DNA of 63,672 nt, the filler included, from Octopus bimaculoides (lineage: Eukaryota), in NCBI RefSeq assembly GCF_001194135.2. It is 4 parts of 3 records of this genome, joined end to end, with 100 filler letters (N's around TTAATTAATTAA, not from the genome) between each part and the next. Parts side by side here need not be neighbours in the genome. Positions count along the whole stretch, not along the records: positions 18,287 to 39,030 come from NC_068981.1; positions 39,131 to 61,731 come from NC_068981.1; 2 more parts are not named here. One strand, given 5' to 3'. Made by a program: the position numbers and the translations under genes. Shown here piece by piece: positions 36,471-49,809 of the stretch. The notes under the pieces were generated by a model that saw only the letters and a program-made list of their open reading frames with translations, was not told the DNA's origin and ran no database searches. Every line of letters begins with the position of its first letter. Within the stretch, counting starts at the first letter, position 1.

Positions 36471-37565
36471 TTGAATGTTTAATGGCTTTATAGTTTTGAA
36501 GTGGTGATATGTAAGGAAAAATTGGAAAATCAGGTGTTGTAATGTGACAATAAAGGTACAAGGCTTACATTTCAAAGTAATCACGAAATATTCATTTACA
36601 ATAATCCACTTAAATTTCAAAATAACTTGTGACTTTATAGTTTTCAATAGTAGTTTATATCTACGCATGTGTGTGTATGCGTGCGTGTGCGTATGTGTGT
36701 GTATATCTGTGTGTGTGTATGTATGAGTGTTATAGGCTTTCTACCTTTAGTAAAAAAAAAACATGCATATCAAATAGCGTTATTTCTCGTAAGTAAAGGA
36801 TTCCCTTTTTATAGAATCAATAATAATAGTTTCATTCTTGGCGCCATATTCGTCTGCCCAATGCCAGTACATTGCTGCTAATTATTTTATCAACCCTAGT
36901 GAATTAAATACTTAGGTAAGCGTAAAAAACTTGAAAGAAATTATCCACCCAATAAGATTATAATTTTCCGGATTGTTAAGCCTGTCTTGAGAATGCTTAT
37001 TAAAAAAAAATCTACTATCCTTTTTGATCGACATCAGGTGTTCTAATCCTTGTTCTGTATATAGTCTAATCCTTGCTCTGTATATAGTCTGGGTTAAAGT
37101 TCGAACTGTGTTATCAACAAGCGTTATATGCATTTCTGTCATTTTTCTAATTTTCCACTGATTTTATTTTTCTGTTTCTCAATTATAGAAAGTATATTCT
37201 GTAGAAGTATAGGATTTCATTTTGTACTATATGTTTAGACATTCCGGATTTGTGAAAGCGTGTCGCGTAGTAGTCTAGGTGTTGAACTTATGATCGGTAT
37301 CACGTAGGGTCCAGTTTACGACCAGGTGGCACATTGTATCTTTGAGCAAAACACTTTATTTCATGTAGCTTAAGTCAGCTCAGCTGAGGTTGAGTACCAG
37401 CAGTAGCAGGTGAGGTGTTAATCCGACGCAGGGTCTGGTGGCCCATTTAGTGGAAGGGTATCTTGTGCTCCCAGTCGTTGAAACGTCATGGAAATCGGTG
37501 TAAGATCTTCCCACCCCATTTTCTCCCTTATACGACCTTATACTTATCCAAACAATGTTATAGAT

Positions 37566-37856
37566 AAGTGGTTCTCAGCCGGAGTCCATATGGCCCCTGA
37601 GGGCCCACACAAGCTTCTTTGGGATCCACACAACAAAATAGTATGTTAAGGGTTTCCTGAAAAAATTTTGGCTTTAGATGTATACATTGGTATGCAAGAA
37701 ACAGCTTGGATTTTTTCTCTAAAATTTTACATAATTCAACCTATACAAGTTAATGTGTGAAAAACAACATATCTTTGAAAGATGGCTATGGAGGCCCACC
37801 AGAATAAAATGGTAATCAAAGGGGCCCATATATAGAAAATACTTGAGAAGCCCCTG
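37566..37856. mobile_element. hAT/Charlie-type MITE
   Basis: Degenerate TIRs aagtggttctcagcc and acttgagaagcccctg; 8-bp TSD ttatagat / ttatagac with central TA. Confidence 0.7.
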
Positions 37857-38059
37857 TTATAGACGCATTCTTTTTTATATTTTAGTCCCTCTTGGATAGC
37901 GTTAATGTTGGTGAGAAGAATCTTTGGCCTATGATGTTAGTTTTGAATGCAGTGTACAACAAATTCTCAAGCATATGTTCAGACATCGATGTGTGGTTAA
38001 AAAGCTCTTTTTTAACCACGCGGTTTCGGATTCGGTTATACTGCGCGATCCCGTGTGCA

Positions 38060-38295
38060 AATGACTACTACAATAGTCCCAGGTCTATCAATGCTTCCAG
38101 AATAAATTTGGTAGTCGGAAACAAAAGTATATATTTATGTATGTGTGTGCATTTGTGCCTGTGTGTTTATTCCCCATCACCGGTAGACAACTGGAGTTGA
38201 AGAGACCGATAAAAATAGATACCAGACTTAAAAATAAGTACTGGGGTCGATTTGTTCGACTAAACACTTCAAGGCGGTGCCCCAACATGGCCGCT
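38060..38295 (+). mobile_element. Older SINE-B-type copy
   Basis: ataagtactggggtcgatttgttcgactaaa...gcggtgccccaacatggccgc. Confidence 0.7.
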
Positions 38296-38618
38296 GTTGT
38301 TGTTGGTAGGTGGTTTCATTATTTTCTCTGTTATAATTTTTCATTTTTCTGTTCGTCTTGAAATTTGTTGTTGCTTTTCCTGTGGTAATGTCGATGTCTA
38401 TTTTTGTTAAAATTTTTCATTTTCAGTTCGTCTTCAAATTTATTGTTCTTGTTGCTGCTCTTGTTAATGTTTACAAATATGTTGTTCTTGTTGATGGTGG
38501 TGGGTGTGGTACTTTCGATGTTAGGCGCCGTCCCAGCAGTTTTTTGAGAGGACGGGGACATCGATTATATCGACTCCAGTCGACTGGTATGAAAAGCCAA
38601 GTCAATGTAGGCGGAGAT

Positions 38619-39030
38619 CATGGAGAACCACACTGATGTTGAACAATGACAATGAATCTCTAAATGCTGGAGATGTAAGAATTTCATGTGGCATTTTCCA
38701 GGGTGACTCACTATCACCACTCCTCTTCTGTCTAGCCCTAATACCGCTCTCAAAATTGCTCAATGATGCACAGTATGGTTATAAAATATTTGATAAAAAT
38801 ATAAATCATCTCATTTACATGGATGATTTAAAGCTCTTTGCAAAAAATGACCAACAACTCAAAGGCCTACTAGCGATTGTTAAACAATTCAGTGATGACA
38901 TCAGGATGCAATTTGGCCTTGATAAATGTGCAAAAGCTACCTTTATCAAAGGAAAAATGACAAATACATCTAATGTGAACCTTGACCAGCAAAATGTCAT
39001 AAAAGAGTTAGAACCAGCGGAGAGCTACAA
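38619..39030 (+). mobile_element. Dong/R4-type RT core fragment, uninterrupted
   Basis: GIFQGDSLSPLLFCLALIPLS, INHLIYMDDLKLF, FGLDKCAK; open to the assembly linker. Confidence 0.93.
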
Positions 39031-39130
39031 NNNNNNNNNNNNNNNNNNNNNNNNNNNNNNNNNNNNNNNNNNNNTTAATTAATTAANNNNNNNNNNNNNN
39101 NNNNNNNNNNNNNNNNNNNNNNNNNNNNNN

Positions 39131-39186
<56 letters not shown>

Positions 39187-41269
39187 CCACCCTCCTGTTC
39201 TTGACATTTTTCTTTACTCCATCACTCCATCTATCTCTGTACAAATTGTTTAAATATTGCCTTCGTTTTATTTCTCCTTCTTCTCCTTCCCACTGTCATC
39301 TCTTTCTTTGTATATTTTTGTTAATGTTGTTATATTTCCCTGTCTGTCTTTCAGGTAACCTTGCAGACCTGAAACTGTCTTTTGTGTGGACATGCCTTTT
39401 TCATTCGCCCTCGGAGCTTGGCCACTCGGAAAGTTAAATTAACGCAGGGTACGAGGGAGTAGGAGTCCTGTAAAAGACAACATATATAATGCAACTACGA
39501 CGATAAAACAGAATTAAGATATTAAACTGGCAAGATTCCAAAAATGTTTATATGCAAGTTGCATAAATGAAAGTCTTGGGGATAAAATTCCAAAATCTTT
39601 GACTGAATTCTTTCATAAATTGGCTCACTTCCTATATAACAATTCGGATAACACCCTATCTTAGGCAAGAGGAACTAAACAATTCATCTTTCGAAAGGTG
39701 AGCAAAGGAAATATCTCCATAGTTATTGGCTAATTAACAATTTCACCTTGACAGATCAGATGTACTCATTTAAGAAGTGATTAGTCTTTTTCAAACAATA
39801 CAAATTGTTGAATCAGGTTACAGGCTTACACGAATCTGTTTCGATAGAGTCAGTCTGTAGTGGAAATATATATTCAGTATCAGATGTTGATATGGCTGCG
39901 TGTATATTATTACCAGAGTTCATATACAGAGATGAAGAATAAATTCAAGAACTATATATTTACTACATAAAAAATATTTTTTATTTACTGGTCGATGATG
40001 ATACATAATCAAAATGTAGAATCTAGTTGAATGAAGTAATCTATGCAAGAAAATTCAGAGATAGGAAATATAGAAATAACAGCTAAGTGGTGGATTCCAG
40101 TTATGTGGCGCAGAGAAATAGACGGGCATAGCAATGATGTGAATGGCTCTAAATCTAATCGACTGAGAAGCGAAGAGCAGCTGTTTTTATTAATGAAACG
40201 CTAGATATTCTAGAAACTTCCAAGAGAAACACTAAGCTTCTTGAATAATTAAAAATCACGTCCCATGACACAGATACTTCGAGAAACTTAGTAAAGGGAG
40301 GTTACTCTATAATCCTTCTTGCATTCAGCTATTTAGCTACATAGACCACTACAAGTCTTAAAAGTAAACCAAAAGACATACTTAAACATGTTGGCTCCTG
40401 AGCCTCATTTCTCGTTTTGTCTGAGGCTCTCAATAAGATATCTTAATGAATTATGAGACGATTCAGTGAAGAGTCATATTGGTCATGCAAATATACCGCC
40501 ACAACCTTCTGATGAGTCGTATGGCAGTCAAGGCTTTTAATATTCGGTATCACGTACAACGTAAAGCCTTCGAAACAATATGTGATCCATCAGTGACAGT
40601 CAAGCTTGTACCAAAAAAAGATAAAAGAATATTTGATAAAAAGTGGCCAACCTGTCGCACTGTTTTTCCACCAATCATATGCGCCAGATTTCCACTAATC
40701 GGAGGACCCTAATCGGTGTTACACACCGACATGATACCGAATGCAATTTTTTCCACCATCCAGTTAAGTGTATTAAATTGTTTGGAATTTTGACTCGGGC
40801 CAGAAATTGTCTCTCCAGCTACAGGACTTCACGGCTAAAAGGCAATTTTCTCACTCACCTTTATTCTCAATCCCATTTCACATATATACAAACGAAAACT
40901 ATAGCAATCACACATTTCTGCATACATAACATATTCTCATCTTTACTTGAGTCATTCTAGCTATTTTTTTCTATCGGTGTATTTTATCAACTTTCTGACT
41001 GAGTTATATTAACGAAAATATTTCAAACTCTCCTTTCTCTCAACAAGACATTATTAATCTCGTTAGAATTGTTTTATCATTTTATTTGTTGATGGTCATA
41101 AAACATTTGACCGCTTTCTATATTTGGAGTATTAGATCTTTAGATGGTCGTGGTCTCATGTGGTGAAACCATCTAATAATGATTCCATTCAGAATGCTGG
41201 AATAATACATATAATGTGCCAGTTGGAAAGAGAGAGACACAACCAAATAGAATGTTTGAGAGATAATTT

Positions 41270-42208
41270 ATTGATAGCTTAACGTGTGTCTGTGTGTACG
41301 TCATGTATACAGAATAATAGACAGGCCGTCATAAGAACAAAGTGTGTATATGAATGTATGTATGCGTGTGCATTAAGTACATATAAGAATAACAATGAAG
41401 GAGAAACAGTGAAATAGTCTATAATGAGAAGTTAGACGAATGTTCGTAGACGCAAGAATGAGAGATACTAGTTCGTAGTCAATTGTACACGGTAGTTGAA
41501 ATACTGTATCAAGAAGTTGCGGCGATGATGCAGAGCCGGTTGCGGTACGTGTCGTGTGAAGTTGTGGCTGTAATACTGCTGCCTGGGTCACTTGTACTGG
41601 AGCTCTCGCATGTTGTATATTCGCTGTTAACCATGGTGAAGTAATTCACAAAGTGTTATGTTGGAACCTGTGCTAGTTGTTGGTTGCTGTGTACGTAGGG
41701 ATGTTGTTGACGACGTTAAGAAGATGATGGTAGCGACGAAGAAAGAGATTGCCGTATGCTGTTGGACGAACGTTGCCGTCTGGCTCACAGGTTTTATATT
41801 TGCTGTTGATCCAGGGTAAAGTAATTCACGAACAGTGCTTTGTTGAAACCTGGGCGTCTGGCGTTGTCGCTGGAATTGGCTGTGTCTTGTGTAGTCAGTG
41901 ACTAGACCTTAAAAGGTCTGGAACCAAAGACTTCGAGACGAGGAGAAGGTGAGTTTTAATAAGGAACAATAGGTTCAAATGGGATTGTGAAAAGGCTATC
42001 TCACGTGATCTTATTTAAAGACTTCGACTAGTTATACGCTGCATATTGGCGCGACAGAGTAAGAGGCAAATTGTGCCAATACCAACCAATCAGAGTAATG
42101 GACACAACGGGGTCCAAATAGCGGCCAAAGGCTAGCTGTTATCTGCTACGTTCGAATGTATGTATACATAATATAGGGGAGAGGAATTTCACTCGAGTGT
42201 ACGCTACA
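41270..42208 (-). mobile_element. Possible solo LTR-like element
   Basis: Minus strand starts TGTAGCGT at 42208; CCAAT, E-box and AATAAA present; internal duplication at 41641 and 41821. No matching 3' terminus or TSD found. Confidence 0.3.
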
Positions 42209-44609
42209 GATCCTTTAAATATGCATATTTTCCCAGTCATCACTAAATTTCAAGAAGCTAGCATGTATAATTTTCGTTGATGATAATTTTCGTTGATGAT
42301 ACGTGAAAAATCTTAGAGTTAAGAAAAGAAATTTAAGTGTAACATTGTTAATTGAGTTCTTTCTATTATAACAAGTTGGCTTACCTTTCATTCCCCGTTT
42401 CCTGTCATTGAATAGTACAGGGGTTAAATAAGAGTCTCTACTCTGTTTGTCATTGAAACAATGTTATCAACGGAAGATTTGGAATAATGTTCAGTTCATG
42501 AGTTTCTTCAGAGCAGTAGAAACGTTTTTAGCGATGGAATCAATGCACCTCACCGAGGTAAAAAGGATCCAAATAAATGAACACAAAAAAATCATTTCAA
42601 GGTTATGTAACGTGAAGTTACTAAAAGAAACCAAAATCAAAGAAGCGGGAAAATGTATTAAAACTAATTAGTTTCTGAAAACTGCTAAACTCGTCAGCTT
42701 CAATGTCATAAAATGAACCATATAAGAGATTTGTTGAATGAATGTAAATTTCGGAAGCTACTTATCGGCCACAGGATGCAACACCTAGTATATTTATTTA
42801 CACAGATAAGAAGATAAAATAGGACTAACCCAATTAAATTTAGTCGATCGGACTTGACTGAATATTTATGGTGTGAAGATTAAGGGAATAAATAGATATC
42901 AGGACTAATTCATATATGTTATATTCGAGTCAGTAGAGAAAGTACACCATCTCCAATGCATTCTTCTAAAAAGATAATGAAAGCAGTCGGGTCACCATGT
43001 TTTCAAGCCACCCGCAGTGTATTCGACAATATAAAGTCTTACAGCTAATCGACTAAAATTAGACAATACTCTATAACCGTTGTTATTGTAGACGGCTGGA
43101 TTACATAATTAGCTAGTGACCAAGAAAATTCAAACAAGCTGACTCCATAGCTCCTCATTTTAACGTATATCCACGTTTCCATTTTAGTTCTATTTTAATC
43201 TAAAATTTTATGTGCTTTAACAAAACTTTCGCATTTGAGAAAGCTTTGAAATAAGATTTGTTTTTTGTTTTTTTCTCGGTGGTGACTCGATTAGATTTAT
43301 TACAAGGAGATCAAAACATCATTACTGATTTATAAAAAATTACCGTTTACGATATTCAGAGAGATTGACATTTATTAGCCAGCATGCCAGTATTATAAAC
43401 CAATATAACTAGTTATTTGATTTTCGCGATTATACTTGTCGACTTTTATTTATAAGTGTAAGTGGTTACCATGAAACCGTTTATTTGTTTGTTTGTTTTT
43501 TATTATTTGTGGAGTTAAGTATAATATATACATTTGAAGTATGTTTAAAGTATGATTATAAAAAAGTTGGCAAGTATTTTATTACAGAACACCCAAGCCT
43601 TATCTAGAATTTATAACCCCAAAAATTAAGTAGTCACTCCAAAAAATGAAGTCGATATGATAGCGACATCTTTTTTCTAGTCAACAAAAGGCGTCATAAA
43701 CCAGATTCATCTTTTAATTTATAGCTTGAGCCATAGCAGTATATCAGTAAAAAAAAAGGGGAAAAAAGGTTTTTATAATCAGTGTTGCATTGAAAAATAT
43801 CGTTACTCTATGTTTTTAAAAAAAATTTATTTTTAATTTTTAGCTCCCGTATTTTTTTCAGTCGTGGATGTAAAACCGTCAATGTGACTTTGTGAAGCTT
43901 ACAGGTTGGCCGGCCGTTACGGTACTTCCAGCCCATCTTTAGAAATATCTCTAAAACAGGAGATTGCGTCAAATCAGGCCCGGAAATGAACTTGTGTCAC
44001 GCACGTGTGTGATGCAGTGGTGTTTTAAGTGGTTTTCAAAACCAAATTAAATACATAAAAAAAGAAATAACCAGGGTGGAGGATATACGTACATAGATTT
44101 CAACATCATTCACATTTCTACTCATAACCAACTATGCTCCGATGATTGTGAAAATAATACAAGCAACATTCCTTTTATAAAGTTGCTTTTTATATAATAT
44201 TTTTATATATACCTTACTTATTTTGTTTTCATGTCTATATTTTAGCATCTCATTGTGTAGCTATGAAAACGGAAGTAGTTTATAGATATTGGCATGGCTT
44301 GGCATGAATATCCGGTTAGTTTGGATTCCAAATAGAAAATGCTATTAGTAACTGGTATTATCTTGTTATATAATACACACACACACACACATATACACAC
44401 ATAATAAAACTTACACACACATTACAAGTGGGGTGCATACTCACGCGCGCACACATATAAACAAAAACTATTTAACAAGCAGATTATAAGTGGTTCATCA
44501 ATTATCGCTTGCCTTCAAACAACGCCAAATGGATTCTTTCCCCCTCTTACATTTACTCTGACAGACATGCATACATATGTGCATGTGTGTAGGGAGTGAG
44601 CGTGAGTGC

Positions 44610-44653
<44 letters not shown>

Positions 44654-44858
44654 NNNNNNNNNNNNNNNNNNNNNNNNNNNNNNNNNNNNNNNNNNNNNNN
44701 NNNNNNNNNNNNNNNNNNNNNNNNNNNNNNNNNNNNNNNNNNNNNNNNNNNNNNNNNNNNNNNNNNNNNNNNNNNNNNNNNNNNNNNNNNNNNNNNNNNN
44801 NNNNNNNNNNNNNNNNNNNNNNNNNNNNNNNNNNNNNNNNNNNNNNNNNNNNNNNNNN

Positions 44859-44902
<44 letters not shown>

Positions 44903-45004
44903 CGCTCGCTCGCTCGCTCTCTCTCACCGCTTCGGAAATTAATATTATCATGAATGCATGAAAATATTGTTATTTCACAACAATTTCTTCCGGGTAAATA
45001 AAAT

Positions 45005-46030
45005 CGGCGATGAATTCTTTTACGGCGGGATGGTGAGCTATGACAGGACCGAGATCCCAGCTCTAGATGGACTATTTATCCAAATAAGCTTAGCAAAGAA
45101 GTAAAGGGTGCTAATGTATGAAGACGAACTAAGAGTGACACATAACAGAAAATGGACAGGACACGGACATCATTAGGAAAAATCTAATTAAGACATTCAC
45201 ACAACCTAAAGATCATAGTCAACACCAATCTCAAAACGATCAATTGCCTAAATATTAACATGACCCTTAACACAAATAAATGCTGATACTTCCTTAAACC
45301 GAAGGAACAACTTACGTTAAAAGGATCTCAAATCACCCACCATCAATAATCAAATAAATTACAAATAGCATTAGTAGACGTATCGCTAATCAATCCTCAG
45401 ATGAAATAACCTTCAATAAAGCTGCTTCGTACTGCAATAATGCACTAGCAAAGTCCAACTTTAAGGAAAACATCACCTATACTAAACCTACTCCAGCTGA
45501 ACCATAAAGACGTAAGAGTAGGAAAATCCTGTGGTTCAATCCACCCTATAGTATAAATATGCAACAAACTTGGCTACGCACATTCTCTCATTTGTTGATA
45601 GTCTCTTCTCACAATCACATATCACAAAATATTCAAAGGAAGTACTATCGAAGTTAGTTATAGTTGTTCCCCAGACATAGGTTCACACGTATTTGAACAC
45701 AAACAAAAACGAATCAAGTAACACCATATTACAACTATACAACCGTGGATCCTACAAAAACTCTGAACAACGAATGCCTTGAAAAAGACCTGGGACATAG
45801 AACTGACATCTCTGAAATAGATGGCACAACAAAGATCTGCAATGGACCCATAGGGAAAATACATTTAAAGAAAGCTTCACACAGCGTACGATTTTATTCA
45901 GATGTAGAGGCAAGAATGTTAAGTCACTATCCAAATTTTTATGCAATTTAGAACATTGTTACTAAAACCAAGAAATATAATAGACGAGACAGCGCAAGTA
46001 CAACTTCTGTTTAACCATATTGACCTTGTC
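45005..46030 (+). mobile_element. Highly decayed Penelope-like element (RT and EN remnants)
   Basis: Frame-hopping motifs resembling SYD..E, SNHPP.II, RKILWFNPPYS, EVSYSC and a late KYNFCL. Confidence 0.72.
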
Positions 46031-46701
46031 ATATGTCCCACATTATAACCACATAACTTCGTCATCTGCGTGACTGGTTCGTCCAGCGTACCTCGCTGAC
46101 TGACACTGCTTGCTGTGTCTGTTCATTATTTATCAGTAGTGGAATAACCCACTTCTCACTTGGGGTTATCCGCCACAACACCACCCCTAAAATTTCTTTT
46201 TCACACAACATTATTTTTTTTTCATTTCTTTTTCTTCCACACACAGAATTTTCCCCATCCACTTTGCCTGCAAGCAAAGCACTTTAAATTACATAAATTC
46301 GAACATATGCAAATCCCAACCGAACCACAAATCCAACCTGGTTACCTTGGATATTTTCCCCAACCCATCGCCTTTTTTCCCCGATCAATCATCCGCTGTA
46401 ACACAAAACAGCGCCCACCGATGTGGCAAGTGAGATCTCATGACTAAACTAACTTAATTTATAAATTTTACTCAAATGGCTTTCACAATATATAAGAAAA
46501 CAAGCAAGACTGCTAACCTAAAAAATACTATTCAAGGCAGAAATATAGCATTAAAAATTAATTATTCTTGTTCAAACATGTTTTTAGTCACGATATATAC
46601 TTATCTCTCATTTTCTTTTAATTACCATTACTAGTTTTATTATGTATAATACAATTACTACTATAGGTAATATTTAGTATGTTAATTACGTTACCTCACT
46701 G

Positions 46702-46925
46702 CAGGGCTAGTTTTAAGCTAATCAGACAGATGTCTTCAAAATGAGCCCCACGCACAGGCTCGAGCGGAGGACGATATGATGATTTTTAAGTTTATCCCTT
46801 AACGCTTTTTGTCCGGGATTGGCGTACCACACGAAGCATAAAGTACCAATCTTCAGCTTTTGTAGAGTAGAGGGTTCCACTGACAATTCTCTAATTGGGG
46901 CTCGCACTTCCTAGCGCCGGCCCTG
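46702..46925. mobile_element. Possible hAT-type MITE
   Basis: CAGGGCTAG and the reverse-strand CAGGGCCGG differ only by a CpG decay pattern; no TSD found. Confidence 0.35.
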
Positions 46926-46944
46926 AGCGGAGGCACCGTTGAGA

Positions 46945-47218
46945 ATCTCTGACTTACAGCATGTTTGGCATGACAGGAGTCAGCAGGCAGAAAGCCTTCA
47001 TGAAGGCTGTAGAGGTAGCATTGGTTGCCTCGAGGTGGCTGTGGGTCAGGAGGTGAGGGCAGTGCTACCAGGGTAGTACTAACAGGACACAAACTAGAAC
47101 ATGATCAACCATGGCTGGGTCACCTGGATGAGGGTGTCTGATGCTGAAAGACCCGAAGCACTTAATCACTCCAAGGAAACATAACTGAATATGTGTCCAG
47201 GAGCATCACAGGATGATG
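46945..47218 (+). mobile_element. HERO-like RLE retrotransposon 3' end
   Basis: GVSRQKAFMKAVEVALVASRWLWVRR* then a 3' UTR containing gagggtgtctgatgctgaaagacccgaa. Confidence 0.65.
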
Positions 47219-47587
47219 TATGAAAAAATGTACAGCAAATATGTATATTTTAGTACATGAAAGTTGTGATGTATTTTATACTAAAAGCCGTTCATATTAA
47301 TCACAAGAAATGTATGCAGTGAACGTATTTTGAGTAAAATTTTTGAATTATGATGGCTCTATGTTTGACCGTAACAGCTTTGAAATGTAAGCTACATCGA
47401 TTATTAACAAAATACACTACTTTTGGGAAATGAACTTTGGTGAGAATCTAGCCTGGTAACATATGATGTGTGGCAACAAGTCTGTATCAAATATGGAGAG
47501 TTCATGTAATGTAGATGCATCTATAAAATACCAGATTCAACTTATTTCTTTGAAAAATACCGTAATTTTTGATAGCACAAATATACT

Positions 47588-47913
47588 AGTACTCTCTCTT
47601 TACTCTTTTACTTGTTTCAGTCATTTGACTGCGGCCATGCTGGAGCACCACCTTTAGTCGAGAAAATCGACCCCAGGACTTATTCTTTGTAAGCCTAGTA
47701 CTTATTCTATCGGTCTCTTTTGCCGAACCGCTAAGTTACGGGGACGTAAACACACCAGCATCGGTTGCCAAGCGATGTTGGGGGACAAACACAGACACAC
47801 AAACATATACACATATATATACATATATACGACAGGCTTCTTTCAGTTTCCGTCAACCAAATCCACTTACAAGGCTTTGGTCGGCCCGAGGCTATAGTAG
47901 AAGACACTTGCCC
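47588..47913 (-). mobile_element. SINE-B copy, runs into gap
   Basis: Near-identical blocks to the other B copies. Confidence 0.95.
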
Positions 47914-48099
47914 NNNNNNNNNNNNNNNNNNNNNATATATATAGATATATATATTATTCAAAGGAATTCCAACTCTGTTTTTTATGTTTTATTTATATTC
48001 TTATAATATTAATGTAGAATATAGAATATATAGTATATATAGTAAAATGAAATGAAGTATTGATTGTCTTATTGAATAAATGAAATATTGAATATCAAA

Positions 48100-48890
48100 T
48101 ATTAAAGGACTAGTATACTTTCTTGCATTTAAGCAATCTTCAAGGTCCCAGGTTGTGACAGGAATGTTTCAACTGTAGTTGACTGACTGTCTTTTGTCCT
48201 TTATATACGTTCCTGTGGACAGCAGTAGTAGTTGTTTGGCTATTTTTAGAGATAATGCCAAACCATTTAAAAAAATTTATTTTTTTTTAGAAATGATGAC
48301 AGCAGTACTTTTTGGAGAATAAGTTATAGGGATAAGATTTTTAAACCCCAAATAAGATTAATTTAATCATTGTTTGTTAAGCTTGGGTTTGAATTTCTTA
48401 ATAAAGACCTTTTCTCTCAGTTTTCTCTCAATTTCATTCAGGTTGTAAAGTTTATGAAATGGAAATATCATAAAAGTTTTCCGACCACATGTTGCCAGAT
48501 GGTTACTCAGTGGTATTTGGTGGACTTCTGGATTTTTAATTTGTTGTCGATGCACACGCGAGCGTTCTGATAGAGCATTACTTGTCTGGCCAACATACAG
48601 TTCTTCACAATTTGGGTATTTGATGCAGTAGATTAAATTTCTGCTTTTACACACATATATATGAGCTACAAAATTATCACACAACTATTACTCAGAGTTT
48701 CACGTTCCCGTTCGTCGGACAGTTGTAATAAATATTTATCGAAGCGATCCAACGAACGGGAACGTGAAACTCTGAGCAACAGTTCTGCGATAATTTTGCA
48801 GCTTTAACAAAAAGTATATTACTCTACCTTTGGTATTCGAATACTATTTTTTTCCAGCATGTTTTGCTTTTATGTGCTCAGTTGCGCGCG
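48100..48890 (-). mobile_element. Penelope-like element 3' remnant: GIY-YIG endonuclease, downstream pLTR-like segment, upstream inverted H1 repeat
   Basis: ORF 48367-48684 NLIYCI...YVGQTSNALSER..HRQQI...FIKKFKPKLN; hammerhead-like motifs at 48107-48148 (-), 48681-48726 (-) and 48749-48782 (+). Confidence 0.88.
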
Positions 48891-49120
48891 TGTGTGTGTA
48901 TGTGTGCGCGCGCAATGTAATGCAATATAACAATAAGTTGCCGGCCTGTTTTAATACAGTAATTCTGAGATCATGTCAATAAGCCATAACACAGAAGAAT
49001 ATTCTCAAACTTTATCCATTTCCCAGCCGCCTCTCCCCTTTCCATTTTTATTATCATTAGTCTTCTAATTTGTTTTTGCAATTTCCCCATTACCCGTCAC
49101 CCTCGTGGCCAATAAAAGAA

Positions 49121-49152
<32 letters not shown>

Positions 49153-49318
49153 CATCATCATAAATTTTTTATAAAACCGGTTATTAGTTTCGTGAACAAT
49201 AACTTTTACTAATTGGTCGATATTATGGAAATTATGTTATCGTATTAATACATTAGATTTAAAATGTCACTTTATCACACGCTCCCGTGAACAATGAATA
49301 AATGCTATTTTCTTAGAT

Positions 49319-49351
<33 letters not shown>

Positions 49352-49534
49352 CCATTCATATTTAGGATACATTATAGACACTAGCATAGACAGCCATGTT
49401 GGACCCTCTGGTAATATGCATAAAATATTACAGATTATTTAAACATTATCTAAAAACTTATTAAATATGTGTATTAGAAAACCCGTCCATATGTGTATTA
49501 GAAAACTAACAACAACTATTGTTACTACACATGA

Positions 49535-49750
49535 AGGCGGCGAGTTGGCAGAATTATTAGCACACCGGGTAAAATGCTTAGCGACATTTCGTCCGTGTTC
49601 ACGTTCTGGGTTCAAATTCCGCTAAGGTCAACTTTGTCTTTCATCCTTTCGGGGTCGATAAAATAAGTACCGGTTGAATACCGGGATCGATGTAATCGAC
49701 TAGTCCTCTCTCTCAAAATTTCAAGCCTTGTGCCTTTAGTAGTAAAGATT
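49535..49750 (+). mobile_element. SINE-A full-length copy
   Basis: aaggcggcgagttggcagaattattagcacaccggg... Confidence 0.9.
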
Positions 49751-49809
49751 ATTACTTCACATACACAACGACAGCAACAACAAATCTTACCATTTATAAA
49801 ATATCATTG

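Noticed and set aside
38300-38545. Second Tx1 ORF1-like remnant
   Set aside because: Only compositional similarity (N/K/T-rich) to 20.6-21.0 kb; no shared motif seen.
39355-39697. Small exons at 39355 and 39665-39697
   Set aside because: Each has one or two plausible splice sites but no recognisable peptide and no link to the other exons.
43862-44010. Promoter or exon with ETS, CRE and E-box-like words
   Set aside because: Short motifs are expected by chance, and the bracketed 43-nt segment is closed in all frames.
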